NCBI GenBank assembly: GCA_051362555.1
Contig: CM120645.1
Location: 21,390,001 to 21,454,000 of the forward strand
Length of the DNA: 64,000 nucleotides
Origin: Lingula anatina
Taxonomy: Eukaryota > Animalia > Brachiopoda
Direction of reading: 5' to 3'
The position numbers and the translations under genes are program-made. Positions 52,139 to 64,000 of the stretch are shown piece after piece; the stretch's first letter is position 1, and every line of letters starts with the position of its first letter. The notes under the pieces were generated by a model. That model had not been told where the DNA came from. It worked only from the letters and a program-made list of their open reading frames with translations, and ran no database searches.

Positions 52139-53947
52139 ATGAAGTCAGTCGTTGCCCTCATGTTCGTCTTCGTGGCTGTGGCCACTGCCAACTACAATGA
52201 CTACCTGCTTGGAAAAACTTCCCCCGTGTACGGCAACGCCAACCTTGCTCTCAGGTAAGGTGTCTTCGATGTATTTTACTTCTTCTTTTAGACTTTGGAT
52301 AGCAAAGGAATTTATTTTCATAGAAAACTAAGCGATTCTTTTCAAGATATTTTGTCAAAGGCTTTGGATATGGCAGACCGCTGATAAATGACAACGTGTC
52401 GATGTTTCCATGAAAAATTAAATTTGATTTGTAATTGTCTATTGCTCATTGTGCGCCTTTTTATCAACACAAGAAAGGAAGGAAACTAAGGTCTTGTTTC
52501 ACAAAAAAAAGTATAAGTTAAATTTTTGACCGAAAATTGGGTCCAATCTGACTGAAAGAACTAGCAGCAGTCTTATTAATGTTACTCCTGAATTCTTAAA
52601 ACAAGAAAACCATGGGCAATTTTTCAGTCAAGTTGTTTAGTCACATTCGGGGCGTTTTATAAAAACAGAGGATTTGGGTTTTGGAGACTAGTCAAAAAAT
52701 AAGGAATGTAATTGGCTTTAAGTAAACAAGGACGTTGGAATATCAAAGTAGTAGACAAAATAGTGGCTATCATTCTCCGCTTTTTCAATTCTTACCAAAG
52801 TCCTTTAGTTATCATTTTCAAATTGTAAACTTAAAATTGGCATAAACAGTAAGTGTATATTTCAGTGAATAGAGATTGGTAAGGTATTTTTCCATTGTTT
52901 TACAGGAACCGTTTCGTCCATTATCACAAACAGCTTGTGAAACCAGCAGCCCCTGTCGTCACTCGTGTGGTCTCAAAAGTTCTCCCACGTGTGGCCACTA
53001 GAGTTCTCCCAGTCGCTTCCCGTTTGATCCCAAGAGTTCGCCCGGTCGCTTCGTCCGTTCTCCCAGTCGCTTCCCGTTTGATCCCAAGAGTTCGCCCAGT
53101 CGCTTCACGTGTGGTTTCAAGAGTTCTCCCAGTCGCCCAACGTGTGGTTCCAAGAGTTCCCCCACGTGTTTTGCGACCAGTGGTTGCAGGCCCAAAACAC
53201 GTCATCGACGCCCCAACACTCAAATATAACGAGGAATACATGTACCGTGGAAAATACGGCGGTGAGTGAACTCTGTCTCAATCTTTCACGCTTCCTAACC
53301 CCGCACCTTTATCCTCCTCTCTATTTTTGTGTTTGCGCCCACAATTTTGTGCAATTCTATTCTCTTTTGTTGGCTAAAATAACCGTGGATGATTCCATAT
53401 ATAGAAAGAAAAGCATAGATCATTCTGATAGACTTAACGTTCAATGATGTGCTATCATTTCGCGTACAAGAACTTAGCAGAACAACTATTTTATCAGTTA
53501 ATTACCAATGTCAAAGTTCAAAATAAACTACGCTGTGCCTTGTCTTCAAATTTATCACTGCGCTGGGGTATTTCGTTGTTAAAATTTATTAGCAGCTTGC
53601 AGTGTTTTTTTTTTCTATATTTTTTCCAAATATACGTGATGGCTAATAGATGTTTTATGTTTTAATTCAAGGAAATTCTGAATAATAAATTATTTTATCA
53701 CACTTATAATTTCGCAGGAGTCTGCGCCTACGACGGTATCTACGCCAACGCTGACGGCTTCTCTCTAACATTCTGTTCCAATGGAATCGCCACTGTGCAG
53801 CACTGTGCTCCAGGTAGCGCTACCAGCGGCCTCGATCTGGTGCCAGGAAACGCCTACCGCGGTGCTGCCATCTGTGACATCAACCTCAACGACATATACG
53901 CCGGTAGATACGCCAACAGTCACGGATACGGATATAGCAAATACTAA
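52139..53947 (+). CDS. Secreted Arg/Pro/Val-repeat protein with C-terminal 4-Cys domain and Tyr/Gly tail
   Basis: Exons 52139-52254 (MKSVVALMFVFVAVATA signal peptide), 52906-53261 (RVLPVASRLIPRVRPVAS repeats) and 53718-53947 (VCAYDGIYANADGFSLTFCSNGIATVQHCAPGS...ICDINLNDIYAGRYANSHGYGYSKY*). Phases 2 and 1 are consistent. AATAAA at about 54490. Confidence 0.88.
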
Positions 53948-54871
53948 AATGGGAATGGCGTGATACCAAGGTACGCTATCTCTCTCTCTCTCTCTCTCTC
54001 TCTCCTGTTAAAAGGATTTATACATATGCACGTTGAACAGACACCACTATGACACAATCCAGCCAATGTTCAATTTATTTCTTAGAGATAATATAACATA
54101 GCTTATTAATTAAGTGTTGCTAGTTATAGTCCGATGTTTATGATGTCATTATCGGAATATACAACATTTCTTAACTTTGCGAATAAGGAATAAAAATATT
54201 AAATCATCCCGACTGATTTCCGAAATACTCCATTTCAGGTGACACCTACAGTGATGACAGAGATAACATTTCTTGTTGGTAACTTTGGATGTGCTGTATA
54301 TATATATCGATGTTGTAAAATAAGAAAAGGAGATAGATAGAAGAAAGATAAAATAAGAAGAGGAGATAGTCGTCACTACGCCAAAGAGTAACTCATTTTT
54401 AAAATGTGCCAGTTACTCCCTTTCCAATTTTCTCAATTTGCTATTTCAATTTCATTTTTACACAACTGAAATGAATTAAGATATTCTGAAATAAATAAAT
54501 ATGTATCCGAGAATTGCCTCTTTTTGTACTTCTTTTTTGCGGTTTGTAAAATTAGTTGATCATTACAAGCGTGCACATCTATAAAAATACTTAAGGTAAA
54601 AATAAGCAACATTTTGACTTATGCAGTCGTCTTCAAAGAAAGAAAATTTCTTAACTTGAGGGCTGCGAGGTCAAACAATTACGTTACAAAGAATATGCAT
54701 TGGCAACAGAACATTAAATATGTATATATGTTAACACCCTTGTCAATCAACCGACATGAGTCACACACTATTCCTCAACTTCATTGCATGTCTAATGTAA
54801 CGTGTCAGAATACAATTTTTTTTTGCTATTAAGTAACTTATTCAAAATCAGAAAGGGTAGTAAAGTAACGT

Positions 54872-54877
<6 letters not shown>

Positions 54878-54922
<45 letters not shown>
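54878..54922. repeat. (AT)n microsatellite
   Basis: Read directly from the sequence. Confidence 0.95.
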
Positions 54923-54925
<3 letters not shown>

Positions 54926-54957
54926 TACATACTAGGTGTACCCGATCTTACAACCCA

Positions 54958-55132
54958 CAGGCCCGTAGTAGGGGGTCGGGGGTGGGGTTCGGGGGGTTAA
55001 AAAGAATCGCCCTTTTTCTAAGGAAAACGTCAATGCTGGTAAAATTGATCTAGGTACACAAGAGTTCCACTGTAAAAGGTCCTTTTTTTCTGAAAAAGAA
55101 CCTCCCTTTTGAAATTTCTGGCTACGGGCCTG
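54958..55132 (+). mobile_element. Short G-rich MITE (same family as 40531-40712)
   Basis: caggcccgtag ... ctacgggcctg TIRs; internal ttgatctaggtac and aaaagaacc blocks are shared with the 40.5-kb copy. Confidence 0.82.
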
Positions 55133-55765
55133 CCTCGTGAGTTTGGTGGACCGTCATTAGCACCCTACAAACCAAATCTCTTGCTAAATTCTGGTCGACG
55201 CTACCCAACGCCAGTATTTTCCAAATTCCTCTATAAAGTTTCACTTTTGGTACTAACTAATGAACTATTTTTGGAACATATCCCTCACTACACAATTTCA
55301 TCTCACTACACAATTTACCATTGTTTTCAATAACGTGCCCACTCAAATTAAAAATTCTTTTATATTGAAAAACATGTATGTACATTTGTAAACATTCTGA
55401 TACTTGAATTTGCAAAAACGCTGGTTCTTCATAATCAATCTAAGATAATTATTTACAAGCAGTTACGTTCGCTGTTCAAGACAAGCCTGAACTGCACAAG
55501 GTCGTGATGTTACTAGACCAACACAATTACTAGTTAAAAACACGATGAATATACATTACCATACTGTCACTGAACACGTACTCCCAATCTAAGTGGGACT
55601 CACTATGAAAAACACATCAGAGCCACCACGTACAACTTCTATATACAGGTAGTTATCCTTGTCATTCCGTCGGAGACAGTTCTTTTGAAGGCACTGTTTA
55701 TCCTCCGTGTAGTCGTTCTTTTTAAACGTCAATTTTGATGCGCCAGTAGTAAAATATACTCTTTC

Positions 55766-58700
55766 TTACCCTGGAATGTATAAATGTTATATTTCTTTAT
55801 AAATTTATCGATCGTTACTTAATACATTAAGCCGGCATCTGAAAATTCATTATTTTTTCTACAGCGTGTATTTCTCCTATATGGTAAAGTGTATTAGTCA
55901 GTATTGAAAAATTTTAGTATGATGAACATTTTCTGAAAGTAGAAATATCGAGGCAAATTTTTTAAACTGGAAAAAAGAAAATATTGATTCGTTAATTGTT
56001 AAAAGGTTGAAGAATAGCGTACTTCGTCCACCACGACCTTGACCCCCACGGCCTCGACCTCCACGACCTCTTCCCCCACCACGTGCCAAACCACCACCAC
56101 CACCTCGGCGCCCGGCAATTGTCTCCAGACGGCGTTGACCTGAAGAATCTGTGGCGCCTGCAGAAGTCCAACTCTCCTGGTGAAGACTAAGGTCCGTATC
56201 TTCCCCAAGGTCGCAGGCCTCACATGCTGGGGCCTCTTTGCTGGACGTCCTCATCACGTGACCTGGTATTAAGATAAACAACTTCTAATTTATTCCAGTA
56301 ATACGTGTTGTGTAAATTAAAAGCTTCAATGTGTGTGCGGATGTTTTAGACAAGATATGAGACACACGAAAGTAATCAGTGGATAGGCCTACTAAGAAGC
56401 ATAGTTTCTGAAATGAACGGTTCCATTCATGATCGTTTACTATTTACATGTACATGGTTACAAGATTCAATTACATATATTTATAACGGACTTTAAAGAA
56501 GTGGCATTAAAAAACTGTACATAAAATATGCTACAGCCTCTTTAGCATACCTCTTCGACAGTACCACCACTGCCGCCGTTCCGGTAAAGTAAACGGCGCA
56601 TGCAACAGTGCTTTCATTTGACGAGAGCGTTGATCGTCTACCCCCTTCAATTTCTTGAAAATCAACACAAGTTCTGACCAAGGATAGTCCAAGGTCTCGA
56701 GACATTGGGCCTTGACAAGACCCATGTTCATCTTATCCAACCCCGTGCGTGAGGATAGGATCAACGAACGAAGGAAAAGATGCTGTAGAGTATTGACCAG
56801 ATTGAAAAGGTCGGCGTCATCTTCAGCACTTCGCAGTCTTTCTAAAATACTGTTAAGATTTGCCTGGCTGGTAGAGTCAAGGTAAAACTTTAACAAGTTT
56901 ACCCTGAAACAGACGAGCAATAAGTCATTAGGAGTATTACTATAAGAGCATCTTACGCAAAACTTACCTAAATTGAAGCACTTCCGATTACAATTAAATA
57001 AGCAATCGATATATTTAATGGCAAAGACAAAAAACATAAAAGCATACTTTTGTTATTTGTTTGCGTTAATCTGCGTTAAAAATATAAACTAAGGTCTGAA
57101 CATACTCTTTAATGGCGTCTGTTGCATCTAAAATGGTGCCCATTGTCAGCAACATCAGGGAGGTCTCTTTATCCCTTTGTACCTTTTGACCTTCGATCTC
57201 AGAAGTGCTGCAAAAATCAAATATCTCAGCGCAGATTGGAGAATCCAATGCCCTTATTCTCGTTATCAACTCAGCAGACTTGAGAACTTGCTGACAAAGA
57301 GAATATTCATATCTTAAAATTGCTGAAGCCTCGTCCTTGGCTTTAATGTACGTCTTCAGTTCCCTTCCATATCGAGGGCATATTTGGATTATTTTCCTGC
57401 AGCTTGGCACAGGACACCGTTTTGGGCCTAGTGTCACTACATCTCCTTGGCGGGCCATGTGGGCATCCATCTTGGTCACCTCGATGACGTGGTTGCATGG
57501 TTGGACTCTGATAAAGCGGGACCAGGGTGGCAAACCGACAAAGACTCTGCTTTTCTTGCTGCATATTCGACACAGCAATGGGCATGGTTCCCCACACATC
57601 CCAATACAAGGGTGGCCGCAGCTTAGTTTTTCCGGGCAAGGCTCATCACAGATTAAGCGATCTGAACATATCTCGGAGCAGAGGCTTTTACACTGGGCAT
57701 GGTAGCACTTCCAGTCGCATGGCAGAGGACAACGCTTGCAGAAGTCACTGCATTTTTTAGTGCATTTTGTCAGGTGAGCGCAGGATCGTTCACAACCGAC
57801 TGAGCAAGGTTTGCATACAGCACTGCACTTCTCCTTGCACGGATGCCCGCAGGGAAACACAAGTAAACAAGGACTTGAACACGGGATGTGGCGGGTACCT
57901 TGTCTGCAAGAACCACATGTTCCCTCACAGATGTGACCGCAAGCACGTGTTTTTTTACAAACAGCAGGACAAGCTTCCACTAATTCCCTTTCTGCCATTC
58001 CACAAATTGCCTTGACCTGGTGGCCACAAGAGAGCATTCGTTCCACTTGCACCTGACACCCCTTCGACAAGACTTTTTCTTTAGTGGCACACTTCACCTC
58101 TACTTGGTGGTTGCACTTCGGAAATGTCAGCATCATTTTTTGTCTGCATATGTAATTTCCCACGTCTAGATGACAAGACATTATTCCCGTGTGTCCGCAG
58201 GACAATGATCTCTCTACATGCACTGTACATCGGAGAGACATGGCTGTGTATCTTTCGTGGCATTTCACTTCAATATGGTGGGCACAAGGAAGCCTTACGG
58301 TCACCGGCAGTTGGCATTCTATGTTTGTTACGTCTTGATAGCATGGCCCTGCAATCATATGGCCACATGGCAGAATTTTTTGCATCAATACTGGACATTT
58401 GTATATGCGTGTATCTGTATGACAGGCGACGTTTGCCACGTGGTTACAGGGCAGCTGTCTCTCCACAATTTTTTCGCATGTTACGTCTTGGTAGCATGGC
58501 GCTGCAATCTCATGTCCACAAGGCAGAATTTTTTGCATCAATTCTGTACATTTGTATGTAGATATATCTGTATGACAGGCGACGTTTGTCACGTGGTTAC
58601 AGGGCAGCTGTGTCTCTACCATGCTGTCACAAGTCACGAGGGCTTCATCCTGGTGACAGGGAAGAAGGCAGCTGTGCCCACACGGTAAATATTTCAGTAC

Positions 58701-61700
58701 TTGTCTTTCACACTGCACGGTACAAGGTTCAGCGCACAGGTTCTTGCATTCATGCCCACAGTTAAGGAGTCGTTCGCACGGGATAGGGCAAATTATGTCA
58801 TCTGGATCTCTGTGACATTCGGTTAAAATTTCGTGGTGACATTTTGGCAGTCGAACGGTTACAATAAAACTGCATGGTGAACAAATCTTAAAGCATTCCC
58901 TCTTGCAGGTTTTGTGTCCAACGTCGCAAGGTTTTTCACACGGCTTTTCACATTCGTATAGCTGGTGGTCTATATCGTAAGGATGGCACCGACGTGCGCA
59001 CACATGACCGCAATCCAAACGAAACTCACATGGCAATAGGCACCCCCCATCAGGCACATGCTGGAAATCTTCTTTCTTTGATACTTGATATTTCCTTTTT
59101 GGGTGGTTCTGACAAATTAAAGTCAGTTCAGTGCCCACCTGTTGCCGTTCTTTCAGCTTATTGACCAGCTTTTTCCAGAGGCTACTTTGCCGTGCCATTA
59201 GCGAAACATTCCCTATACAGTAGAAACCCATTCTCGCCCTAGAAAGAGCCACGCAAACACGGTTTGAAATACTAAGAAAACCAATGCGTTCTTCCTTGTT
59301 GCTGCGTACCAAGGAGAGAAGAATTATGTCATTTTCCTCTCCTTGAAAATTGTCCACGGGCGTTACTCGAATCCCTTGGAATTTATCTCTCGGGAGGTTA
59401 TTTTTCATTTCGAAAAGTTGGCCAGTGTATGTGGTCAGAATGGTGATCTGTGATTTACTGTAACCTTGATTCATGAGATACTGGCAGAGAGCAGCAAGGA
59501 AGGACGCTTCATGCTTGTTGGAGTGACTTTTGCTATCATTGTCACTCTCTTCTTCGAAACTGTGGTCAATAAAGAACAGGTTTTCTTCAATTCCTCTCAC
59601 ATTCTCATAGTGGCGAACAGACTCATGATCAAGAAGATGGTCATATATTTCTGGTACCAGAAGACGTGATATCTCAGGTCGCATACGGTGCTGTATAGCC
59701 AGTCTGTCACAGTGCATCCCGTTTCGCACCATTCGTTCAAAGAGGGATATCTCTAGGTTGAACTTCTTGGCCAGAGCATAAACAGCAGGGTTTGGTCGAA
59801 GCTGCTGATGGTCTCCTATGAGAATCAGGTGCTCGCAACCTTCTGTGAGTGCCGTCACAATGTGGGACTCAAACACTTCTGCCGCCTCTTCTACAATAAC
59901 AATCCGCGGACGAAGTCGTCTGAGGATGTGGTGATACTTTGCTGCCCCAGTCGTAGTCATGCCTAATATATACATGTTTTGAAGCAGCTGGAAATCTAGA
60001 TCATCGTATATTTCTTGCAGCGCAAGCCGGGTACGATCGTATTCTATGATCTGATACTGAAGGCGCTGGAAAATGTCCTCATAAAATAAGCGTTTCCAAT
60101 AACGATACAAACGCCATCTGTCTGCAATGGAGAGAACCCAAAGGTTTTCTATGCTTTCTGCCTCCTCTTCAGTCATGTAGTCATCACCACAACTGGCCTT
60201 GTGAAGTTCACTTTCAAATTTCTTCATCTCTAGTTGCATTTCCCTTTTCATTTTTTTCGAGATTTTTAAAGGTTGTTCAGATTTGTCCATCTCGGTAGTA
60301 TATGCATCCTCCTCCATCTCTTCGGATTTTACTACATGTTGAGCGATGGTCTCCAAAATATCAGTGTCATCATCCACAATTTGAACATCATCCAAGAAAT
60401 CCTCGGCCTCAATAAATGACATTTCATCTGATTCATAATCATATTCTCCTTCTACGATTTCTCGTTGGTCGGACAATAATCCAGCCTCTCCTTTTACAGC
60501 AACTGAGCTATCTTTTTTATTCAACAGACTTTCGCTGTCACTTTTTCTCATATCTCCATCTTCCACAATTGTCTCTGGTGTCTTTAATCCAGCAGCTGTG
60601 TTATCTAGATCACTCTCTCCATCCGACAATTCTTCTTTTGTGTTGCAAGGCTCACACACATCAAATCCCTTGTTTTGGTTTACTCCATTTCCTTCAGACT
60701 CTGCTAACAGATTGTCTCCGTCTTCCACATCACTGTTACTTTCTTGGGGGCCTGTTTCACCAACACCTACTGTTTCTTCGGCAGATCCCTTGCTTCGGTA
60801 GACTGTTTTCTCTTGAGACTCTGCTAACAGCTCGTCTCCGTCTTCCACATCTCTGTCACTTGCTTGGGGATTTGTTTCATTAATGTCTGCTGGCTCTTCG
60901 CCAGCAGACTGACTATCATTCTTAAACTGGTGCCGTTGTTTAATCTCTTGCTGCAAGACTATCTTGCGGTCTTCAGCAAGAAGCCAATAATCAAATGGAC
61001 TGGAAACATCTTTCGCAACGTACTCTAGAGACTCCTGTTGCGATTCAGATAACAAACTGCGTATTTGTTTATATCCAATATAAATGAGGGAATTGTGGAT
61101 ATTTGCAAAATAACTGATGGTCTTTGCCAATAACGAAAGCTCCCCATGCAAACGTGCGATTTCCCCTCTTCTTACCCTGTCAGTTGGATGATCTTTTTTC
61201 ATATTATGCAGAAGACACCTTTGAAGAGCAGGATCCTTAGAGCTGCTTCTTCCTCCAATTCTTGCAACTTTGCTGGGCTGAAATTTTACAATGCCTTCTA
61301 AAAACTGGTCTAGGGCATGATTGGTGTAACATACGAGCAGTATTGGTTTGTTAACGTCTCTCTTTTCTAGGGCGTCCTCTTCTGGGTCAAGCAAATCTAA
61401 TGTCTCGTGCTGGATGACATTCCCATTTTCCTCTCTCTCTCCAGATGCCCAAATTGGTCTGTTTGCCATGAGAGCTCTTACAACTTTTAACCCTATGTAT
61501 GTTTTTCCCGTTCCCGGTGGACCTTGAATGACAGAGAATTCTTTGGTTAGAGCACTCTTTAATGCTGCACTTTGGGACTCATCTAAATTCAGCTTCTCTG
61601 CATCTGGCCAGGTATCTTCTTTGAAAATATCAACTGCTTCAAACTTTTGTCGTCCTACAATATCTCTGTCGATTAGACAGGTGAGGTCCAATGGCAGGCC

Positions 61701-63456
61701 CGAATCTAAAATGTATTTCGGTGGTCTGGGCGCACTATCACAGCCAATAATGTACTCTTGAAGGGGTAAATTTTCCTGGTTCAACTCCTGAAGCCCCCTC
61801 AAGACATGCCGGTATGCTTCAAAATAGGCAGAAGACTCAACCATGACGAAAACCTCACGCATGCTTGTGGAAATCACTGCAAGACTTTCTGCATCACAGT
61901 GGAGCTCAATAATACCTTCCCGAAGCTTCTCTGGGTCTCTATCAGCAACTGTTGCAAAAATTACAGTTTCAAACCTGTCCTTTGACAGGCAAACAAGAGA
62001 ACCACATATCAACCGTTTACTGTGCTCCCACCTGACCTTGGAGAGCCTTGATACATCAAACTTGACCGGATAAGTGATTTGATTCTTAGCACAATTGGGC
62101 ATTTGAAAGTACACATGATGGTATACCCTAACATCCGACAACCTGACATGTTCTTGGCCACGATCTAAATTGACCAAGTACTCTCTGATGCCATTACGAA
62201 GTGGTGCTATGAAATCTTCCCTCAGCAGCCTAAACTGGACATCAAGATAATGATCCACGGAACTGTACTTCCCCTTCACAATGTTGGCCCTCAGGAAAGG
62301 TTGTTCATCGGTGATAAGGTCTTCCCTACTTGGAAATATACTGCACTCGCGAAAATCATCGGGAGGAGTTGTGAGATCTTCAGGAGCATTTTCTGCATCT
62401 TGTGCTTTAAAACCCATTCTTAGGTCATTTTCGACGGCATCTTTTATTTCAGTAGCTTGCTTTAATTGTCTTTTCAGGCAGACAATATTACCACTGTCTG
62501 CCTTGCCATCTACTACCTTCTGTATTAATGGTAAAAGGGTGCTGGCATGTAGGTGACTAGATCGAGGCAGAAGAGTCAGAAGTAAATGGACCAAATTGAG
62601 AACATTGCCAAGAAAATTGACATCGACAGCCTGGCTGTTTCGGGCTAGAACCATCTCGATAATACAGCTCTGAACAGGACCTCCTGCTGAAAGCAATGGC
62701 GATTCATTGGTAATGTTGAGAACCGTAATCAAATGCGATCGGAGCTGATCTGCCTGACCTACATAAGCCAACACAGACAGGAGAAGAGAAAGAAGACCAC
62801 CTTCCAGCTTTTCAGACACGAGAAGCTCACGGAAACCGTTTTTAGGGGATGCCAAGTACAGGAGAGCATCACCCTGATCCCTTTTTAACAAATCTTCCAA
62901 CTTTTTGTAACCCATGTAACGGACTTCGCTCTGTGTCCATTTCGTGGTCATGTCACCAGCTTTTGGCCCCCGTTTATAAACTGGCCTGGCCAACCTGAAA
63001 AAGAAAAAAGCCTACTTTCATACTTCGAGCCCGAATTGTATATTTTGAATGTTTTGTTTTCCTTTCACTGATGTATTTTTAAAATGCCTAGTATCAGCGT
63101 GAAAAAAAGTGTCTAATTTACCTTCATTCAGTCTTTCTTGCTGGACCCCTCTCTTCCTCTCTCTGCTCTTTCTCATTGTCTGACAGTATGTTTTCTCAAC
63201 ATCCTCGACCTATATCTCTGTCACTTTTTTACACACAGACACACACACGCATGTGCGCATGTTTACTCGCGCACACACACACACACACAAACAGTACAGG
63301 GTATATTTACGTTAAGTTCACGAGTTTTGTAAATACTTACCCTTCATGGGGTTTGAACGGCCTATCTGTGTCATATCTACTTTTCTTCCCATTAAGCCTT
63401 TCTTTTCGTGAATCATGTCGTGGACTCTGTCTCTCTTCTTTGGTCTTTTCTGCCAT
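55766..63456 (-). CDS. ZNFX1: NFX1-type zinc finger-containing protein 1-like (Upf1-like SF1 RNA helicase plus NF-X1-type Cys/His repeats), about 2200 aa
   Basis: Exons 63456-63341 (MAEKTKEER...), 62994-57106, 56903-56551 and 56262-56023, plus a probable stop exon 55770-55766 (alternatively read-through to the stop at 55898). Motifs: HYLDVQFRLLREDF, QGPPGTGKT, VCYTNHALDQFLE, VEEAAE, LIGDHQQLRP, SLFERM, QHRMRPEI, VDNFQGEE, NRVCVALSRAR, and many LPCGH/LxCGH fingers. Confidence 0.95.
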
Positions 63457-63515
63457 CTTCTACGTATATCTAGTGCATAATATAACGCATTTTGGTAACA
63501 TAACAGGAAATAATT

Positions 63516-64000
63516 GAGAGAGTAGGGTCTGCTGTTTTCTTAGGGGTTAGGATCAGCAGCGATTTGAGCTGAGAAGGTCACATCTGTGATATTTGTAAAA
63601 AAAGCTAGTAAAAGGCTACACAATCTTAAGCTTCTGAAAAGAGCGGGTATTCCAGCCAATGAACTTGTAAGATTTTACACATCAGTAATCAGACCTACAT
63701 TAGAATATACATGTCAGGTGTGGCACCCAGGTCTCACACAACAACAAGTTGATAAAATCGAATCCATCCGGATTAGAGCATGTAAGATTATATTCCCAGA
63801 GCTGCCCTATGATGGGGCACTTGAAACATGTAAACTTATCACTCTTGCTTGTAGAAGAGATGAACTATCTAAAACATTATTGCATAACATCTACTCTGAA
63901 GGACACAAAATCCATCATTTGCTACCAGGGATAAATGAAGGTTCCTACACTTTGCGCCGGGTTTATAAGTACACTTTGCCAAAATTGAGGAATGTACGAT
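63516..64000 (+). mobile_element. LINE (L2/Crack/CR1-group) ORF2 3' fragment, antisense and just upstream of the first ZNFX1 coding exon
   Basis: Translates as LGVRISSDLS*EGHICDICKKASKRLHNLKLLKRAG...FYTSVIRPTLEYTCQVWHPGLT...IESIRIRACKII, the RT thumb/C-terminal region of non-LTR retrotransposons, with one in-frame stop. Confidence 0.9.

Noticed and set aside
57337-62556. Many + strand and alternate-frame ORFs overlapping ZNFX1
   Set aside because: These are shadow ORFs of a long coding exon with no independent motifs.
63570-63572. In-frame TGA as selenocysteine or alternative genetic code
   Set aside because: It sits at a normally Trp position in a decayed LINE, so a TGG-to-TGA mutation explains it. 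Other genes here use TGG for Trp and TGA as stop.

Overview
AT-rich, intron-containing animal genomic DNA (GT-AG introns, microsatellites, MITEs; an invertebrate, plausibly an echinoderm, which is inference only). Splicing the sequence by hand gives these genes. (1) 1-18.3 kb, + strand: a tandem cluster of three type-I membrane receptor genes. The two complete copies are signal peptide-PLAT/LH2-ShK-like-Ser/Thr mucin stalk-TM-Tyr-motif tail with identical 9-exon phase patterns, and the three cytoplasmic tails differ strongly. (2) A secreted two-domain TIL protease inhibitor (20.5-21.4 kb). (3) An intronless orphan polytopic membrane protein (23.0-24.2 kb, -). (4) A 15-exon CNBD2-like cyclic-nucleotide-binding gene (26.9-41.6 kb, -). 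(5) A secreted Arg/Pro/Val-repeat protein with a small Cys domain (52.1-53.9 kb). (6) A ZNFX1-family helicase with a 5.9-kb exon, a degenerate RZ finger and an RGG tail (55.8-63.5 kb, -). Repeats include two decayed Tc1/mariner elements, several MITEs, a Penelope-like inverted repeat carrying a minimal hammerhead ribozyme motif, and a LINE fragment. The best candidate for an undescribed system is the PLAT-ShK receptor cluster, which the ORF track largely misses.
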